From: Streptomyces sp.
GTDB taxonomy: Bacteria; Actinomycetota; Actinomycetes; Streptomycetales; Streptomycetaceae
DNA length: 64,000 nucleotides
Assembly: GCF_035644915.1 (NCBI RefSeq)
Contig: NZ_DASQNP010000006.1
Coordinates: forward strand, 996 to 64,995
Direction: 5' to 3'
Part shown: positions 59,886 to 64,000 of the stretch, in pieces
How positions within the stretch are numbered: the stretch's first letter is position 1
How the letters are laid out: every line of letters starts with the position of its first letter
Notes under the pieces: model-generated
Told to the model about the DNA's origin: nothing
The model's database searches: none
Seen by the model: only the letters and a program-made list of their open reading frames with translations
Made by a program: the position numbers and the translations under genes

Positions 59886-60749
59886 ATGAGCATCGGCGGC
59901 GATGGCGGGTACGGCGACGAACGGGGCATCGCCGGCGCCGGGTCGGGCGGGCGCGGCCGTGCCCGGACCCGCACCCGCCTTCCGGAGGACGACGTCGTCG
60001 ACGCCTACGAGGAGCCCAGGCGAGGGCCGGTCCGCGTGGGCCGCAGCATGATGACGGTGGTGGGCGTCGTCGTCCTGCTGATCGCCGCCCTCGCCTTCGC
60101 CAACAGGGGCGGCGGTGACGGCTCGTCGGGCACCGGCGGCCCGGACGCGGAGAACCGCGCCCGGCCCACCGCCCCCACCGGCGAACGCCCCGTCACCACC
60201 GGCACGGACGGCGTCCCCACCGGCTTCCCCCGCACCGAACAGGGCGCCCAGAGCGCCGCGGCGAACTACACGGTGGCCCTGGGCGGGACGGGCATGTTCG
60301 ACACCGAACGCCGGCACCAGCTCGTCGACACCCTCTACACCCCCGAGGCCGCCGCCCGCATCAAGGGCCCCCAGGACGAGGCGTACTCGGCGGAGTTCTT
60401 CGAACGCCTGGGCCTCGACGAGCGGGGCCGGGCGCCCGAGGGCATGACCTTCGTCTCACGCGCCATCCCGGTGGGCACCAAGGTCACGGAGTACGGGGAC
60501 GACAGCGCCACCGTCGAGGTCTGGTACACCAGCCTGATCGGCATGGCGGGCGAGGAATCGACCCTCCCCGTGACCACCACCTGGAAGACCTGGACCTTCG
60601 ACCTGCGGTGGACCGGGTCGGACTGGAAGATCGCCGACGACTCCCAGGAAGACGGCCCCGCTCCCGTACCGGGAGACGACCGGGCCTCCACAGCCGAGGA
60701 CATCAGCAAGGCCGTCGAGGAGTACGGAGGGTTCACCTATGCCCGCTAG
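59886..60749 (+). CDS. cmdE: Bitopic membrane protein (SCO4130-type)
   Basis: Single TM then GFPRTEQGAQSAAANY extracytoplasmic domain. Confidence 0.7.
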   Translation: MSIGGDGGYGDERGIAGAGSGGRGRARTRTRLPEDDVVDAYEEPRRGPVRVGRSMMTVVGVVVLLIAALAFANRGGGDGSSGTGGPDAENRARPTAPTGERPVTTGTDGVPTGFPRTEQGAQSAAANYTVALGGTGMFDTERRHQLVDTLYTPEAAARIKGPQDEAYSAEFFERLGLDERGRAPEGMTFVSRAIPVGTKVTEYGDDSATVEVWYTSLIGMAGEESTLPVTTTWKTWTFDLRWTGSDWKIADDSQEDGPAPVPGDDRASTAEDISKAVEEYGGFTYAR

Positions 60750-62037
60750 CCGCCGCCGCGCCCTGTCGCTCGCCGCGATCCTCGCGGGCACACAGGCCGC
60801 GGGACTCTGGCTGGCCGCCCGCGCGGCCGCCGACCCGACGCCGTCGCCCACCGGGGAGGCGGAGAAGGACGAATGCAGGAACGTCCCCGGCGCGGCCAGG
60901 GACGTCTGCGAGCAGGGCCAGGACGGCAGCGGCGCCGACGGCGGCGACACCGCCGACCCCCTGTCCACCCTCGACCCCCTCGCCTCCCTCGCCCAGGGCT
61001 GCGCCGACGCCGCCGCGTGGATCGTCGGCAAGCTCTCCGACGCCGTCACCGCCACCGCCACCGTCGACTTCACCAACCCCACCTTCCTCCGCCAGTACGC
61101 CGTCGTCTTCGCCGCCTCGACGATCCTCACCCTCGTCCTGTGGCTGCTGGCCGTCGCCAAGCGCGCCGTGCGCGGCATCCCCTTCACCGAGGCGATCACC
61201 GAGGCCATCGGCTTCCTGTGGCTGACGGTCCTCGCCTCCGCCTTCACCCCCCTGGTCCTCTACACCCTGGTCACCGCGACCGACGCCGTCACCGACGCGA
61301 TCGCCGCCGGCACCGGCTCCAACACCGACAAGTTCTTCGGCTCCTTCTCCGAGGCCCTCAAGAAGGGCGACGACATCGGCGGCGGACCGATCATGCTGAT
61401 CGTCGTCTCCCTCGTCTCCGTCCTCGCCGCCGGCGTCCTGTGGCTCGAACTCGTCATCCGCGCCGCCCTGCTGTACGTCGGCGCCCTCCTCGGGACCGTC
61501 GTCTACGCCGGGCTCGTCGACAAGAACCTGTGGGGCCACGTCCGCCGCTGGGCGGGCATCATGATCGCGGTGATCCTCGTCAAGCCGGTCATCGTCATCG
61601 TCCTCGGACTCGCCGGAGCGCTGGCCGGCGAGGAGGGCCCCAACGCCTTCTCCGCGATCGTCTCCGGCCTCGCCATCATCCTGCTCGCCATCTTCGCCAG
61701 CGCGATGATCTACCGCTTCGTCCCCGGTTTCGGCGACGAGATCGTCCGTCAGCGCAACGCCAGCGCCGACCCCGCCTCCCGTACGGCCGCCGCCGTCGTC
61801 TCCTCCCCCGCCGCCATGCTCCGGCAGGGCATCAACACCCACAGCGCCCGCGGCGGCGCCGAAAGCGGCGGCGGGGGACAGTCCACCGCCACGCCCAGGC
61901 CCGCCAATCCCGTGTCCGGCGGCGTGGCGGCCCACGCCTCCCGCGGCGGCGCCCAGACCTCCCCGCCCACCGCACCGCCCCCGCCCCGCAGGGGCGACAG
62001 CTCGACCAGCCATCGCACCGGAGGTGATCGCGGGTGA
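60739..62037 (+). CDS. cmdD: Polytopic membrane protein, VirB6/TrbL-like (SCO4129-type)
   Basis: 6-7 TMs, ELVIRAALLYV, KPVIVIVL, Gly/Pro-rich tail. Confidence 0.72.
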   Translation: MPASRRRALSLAAILAGTQAAGLWLAARAAADPTPSPTGEAEKDECRNVPGAARDVCEQGQDGSGADGGDTADPLSTLDPLASLAQGCADAAAWIVGKLSDAVTATATVDFTNPTFLRQYAVVFAASTILTLVLWLLAVAKRAVRGIPFTEAITEAIGFLWLTVLASAFTPLVLYTLVTATDAVTDAIAAGTGSNTDKFFGSFSEALKKGDDIGGGPIMLIVVSLVSVLAAGVLWLELVIRAALLYVGALLGTVVYAGLVDKNLWGHVRRWAGIMIAVILVKPVIVIVLGLAGALAGEEGPNAFSAIVSGLAIILLAIFASAMIYRFVPGFGDEIVRQRNASADPASRTAAAVVSSPAAMLRQGINTHSARGGAESGGGGQSTATPRPANPVSGGVAAHASRGGAQTSPPTAPPPPRRGDSSTSHRTGGDRG

Positions 62038-63584
62038 CGTCCCCGTCCCACACCGTCGCACCGCGCCGCACGTACATGATCGGGCGCGCCCGTCCCAACG
62101 CCATCATCGGCAGGAACCGCGAGACGGGCGAGATCGCGCTGATCATCGCGGGCGCCTTCCTGGGCATGATGAGCGGGCTCCTCGTCCCCGTCCTGTCCCT
62201 GCGCATCGTCGCCCTGGTCGGCTTCCCGCTGCTCGCCCTGGCCGCGGTGTACGTCCCGTACCGGGGGCGGACGTACTACAAGTGGTTCGAGATCAACCGC
62301 AGTTACCGGCGCCTGCTGCGCCGCGGCACCACCTACCGCTCCGCCGCCGCCGAGGCCGGCACCCGGCTGGACGGGACCGAGGTGGACATCCCGCCGCCCC
62401 CCGGCGTCGGCCGCATCACCTGGCTGTCCGCGCCCTTCGGCCCCGACGAGATCGCCGTCCTGCTCCACGCCGACCGGCGCACCGTCACCGCCGCCATCGA
62501 GATCGAGGGACCGGGCGTGGGCCTGCGCGACAGCGAGGACCAGGAGGCCCTCGTCGACCGCTTCGGCACCCTGCTCAAGCACGTGGCCAACGGCGACGGC
62601 TTCGTCACCCGCCTCCAGATGCTCGCCCGCACGCTCCCCGCCGACCCCGACGCCCACGCCAAGGACGTCGCGCAGCGCGGTGACGAGCGGGCCGCGCCCT
62701 GGCTGCGGGAGTCCTACGACCAGTTGCTGTCGATGGTCTCCACCTCCAGCGAGCAGCACCGCGCCTACCTGGTCGCCTGCATGCACTACACCCGCGACCT
62801 GGCCGCCGAGGCCGCCGCGATCGCCAAGGCCACCCGCGCCTCCACCGGCCGCCGCCTCACCCGCGACGAGGGCCTGGCCGTCGTCATGGCCCGCGAGCTC
62901 ACCGACATCTGCGCCCGCCTGACCGAGGCCGACATCCGCGTACGGCAGCCGCTGGGCCAGGCGCGGATGGCCTCGCTGATCCACTCCATGTACGACCCGG
63001 ACCACCCCATCGACCACATCCAGGCGATGACCCGGCGCAACGCCTGGCCGGCCGAGCTGGACGCGGCCGAGCCGACCTACCTCCAGGCCAAGACCCGCGA
63101 GTCGGCCACCCGTGCCCCCTGGTGCCACGCCACGGCCTGGGTCAAGGAGTGGCCCATGACCCCCGTGGGCGTCAACTTCCTGGCTCCGCTGCTGGTCCAC
63201 ACCCCCGACGTGATCCGCACCGTCGCCGTCTGCATGGACCTGGAACCCACCGAGGTCGCCATCGAGCGGATGCTGACGGAGAAGACCAACGACGAGGCCG
63301 AGGCCAGCCGTGCCGCGAAGATGAACCGCACCGTGGACCCGCGCGACGTGGCCGCCTCCAACCGCGTCGACCAGCGCGGCGAGGACCTGGCCTCCGGCGC
63401 CGCGGGCGTCAACCTCGTCGGTTACATCACCGTCTCCTCCCGCTCTCCCGAGGCCCTGGCCCGCGACAAGCGGACGATCCGGGCGTCGGCCGGAAAGAGT
63501 TACTTGAAGCTGGAGTGGTGCGACCGGGAGCATCACCGTGCGTTCGTGAACACCCTGCCGTTCGCGACCGGCATCCGCCGCTGA
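62034..63584 (+). CDS. cmdC: PrgI/TcpE-like membrane protein (SCO4128/SCO6880-type)
   Basis: Two N-terminal TMs then cytoplasmic domain; HHRAFVNTLPF. Confidence 0.72.
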   Translation: MTSPSHTVAPRRTYMIGRARPNAIIGRNRETGEIALIIAGAFLGMMSGLLVPVLSLRIVALVGFPLLALAAVYVPYRGRTYYKWFEINRSYRRLLRRGTTYRSAAAEAGTRLDGTEVDIPPPPGVGRITWLSAPFGPDEIAVLLHADRRTVTAAIEIEGPGVGLRDSEDQEALVDRFGTLLKHVANGDGFVTRLQMLARTLPADPDAHAKDVAQRGDERAAPWLRESYDQLLSMVSTSSEQHRAYLVACMHYTRDLAAEAAAIAKATRASTGRRLTRDEGLAVVMARELTDICARLTEADIRVRQPLGQARMASLIHSMYDPDHPIDHIQAMTRRNAWPAELDAAEPTYLQAKTRESATRAPWCHATAWVKEWPMTPVGVNFLAPLLVHTPDVIRTVAVCMDLEPTEVAIERMLTEKTNDEAEASRAAKMNRTVDPRDVAASNRVDQRGEDLASGAAGVNLVGYITVSSRSPEALARDKRTIRASAGKSYLKLEWCDREHHRAFVNTLPFATGIRR

Positions 63585-63599
63585 GGAGGCGTACCCACC

Positions 63600-64000
63600 A
63601 TGGCCGCGTTCGATCCCCTGACCGCCATCACCGACGCCTTCACCAGCTTCCTGTTCGGGAAGACCGAGACCACCCGGCTGCCCGTCCGCACCTCCACCGG
63701 CCAGGCGCAGGCCGTCTACCTGCCCACCGCCGCCCCCGGGCTGGGCGACTCCGGCGTGATCATCGGCCGTGAGGTCTACAGCGGCAAGGGCTACATCTAC
63801 GACCCCTTCCAGCTCTACGGCCAGCAGCTCCCGGCCCCCCACTGGCTGGTGCTCGGCGAGTCCGGCAACGGCAAGTCGGCGCTGGAGAAGACGTACGTCC
63901 TGCGCCAGTTGCGCTTCCGCGACCGCCAGGTCGTGGTCCTGGACGCCCAGGGCGAGGACGGCGTCGGCGAGTGGAACCTCATCGCCGAGCAGATGGGCAT
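63600..64000 (+). CDS. cmdB: VirB4-like ATPase, 5-prime part (truncated by window)
   Basis: ATG 63600 after GAGGAGG; Walker A LVLGESGNGKS; VVLDAQGE. Confidence 0.85.
   Translation, partial: MAAFDPLTAITDAFTSFLFGKTETTRLPVRTSTGQAQAVYLPTAAPGLGDSGVIIGREVYSGKGYIYDPFQLYGQQLPAPHWLVLGESGNGKSALEKTYVLRQLRFRDRQVVVLDAQGEDGVGEWNLIAEQMG

Overview
Very high-GC actinobacterial DNA, by gene content and order a Streptomyces chromosomal core region interrupted by accessory blocks. Left to right: ABC exporter + PadR; GH13 alpha-glucosidase/sugar ABC operon; dtd-rsiG(amfC)-asparaginase-eis; about 29 kb of accessory genes (GntR-HAD-phosphotransferase module, MMPL + degenerate cydAB-like pair + two-component system, PAS-SpoIIE, ankyrin, FMN reductase, lone hemC, sulfotransferase, F420 LLM, cyclase + Pycsar-type membrane effector, LysR, GNATs, Tat-secreted L-glutamate-oxidase-like enzyme, MerR-PP2C, TetR + SGNH hydrolase, GNAT/DUF3291 islet); XRE-HBHA-like-DUF2516, REC-PP2C, NlpC/P60; pstSCAB with PHO boxes, pit, csoR; SLT-NlpC/P60 and the cmdF-E-D-C-B (T4SS-like) cluster, cut by the right edge. 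The top candidate for an undescribed system is the two-gene operon at 32299-33991: a class III nucleotidyl cyclase fused to two tandem cold-shock (OB) domains, overlapping a DUF5706/PycTM-type membrane effector, i.e. a Pycsar-like anti-phage module with a possible nucleic-acid sensor. No tRNA, rRNA, CRISPR array or intact transposase was recognised. All family assignments come from motif recognition and memory; no database searches were run.
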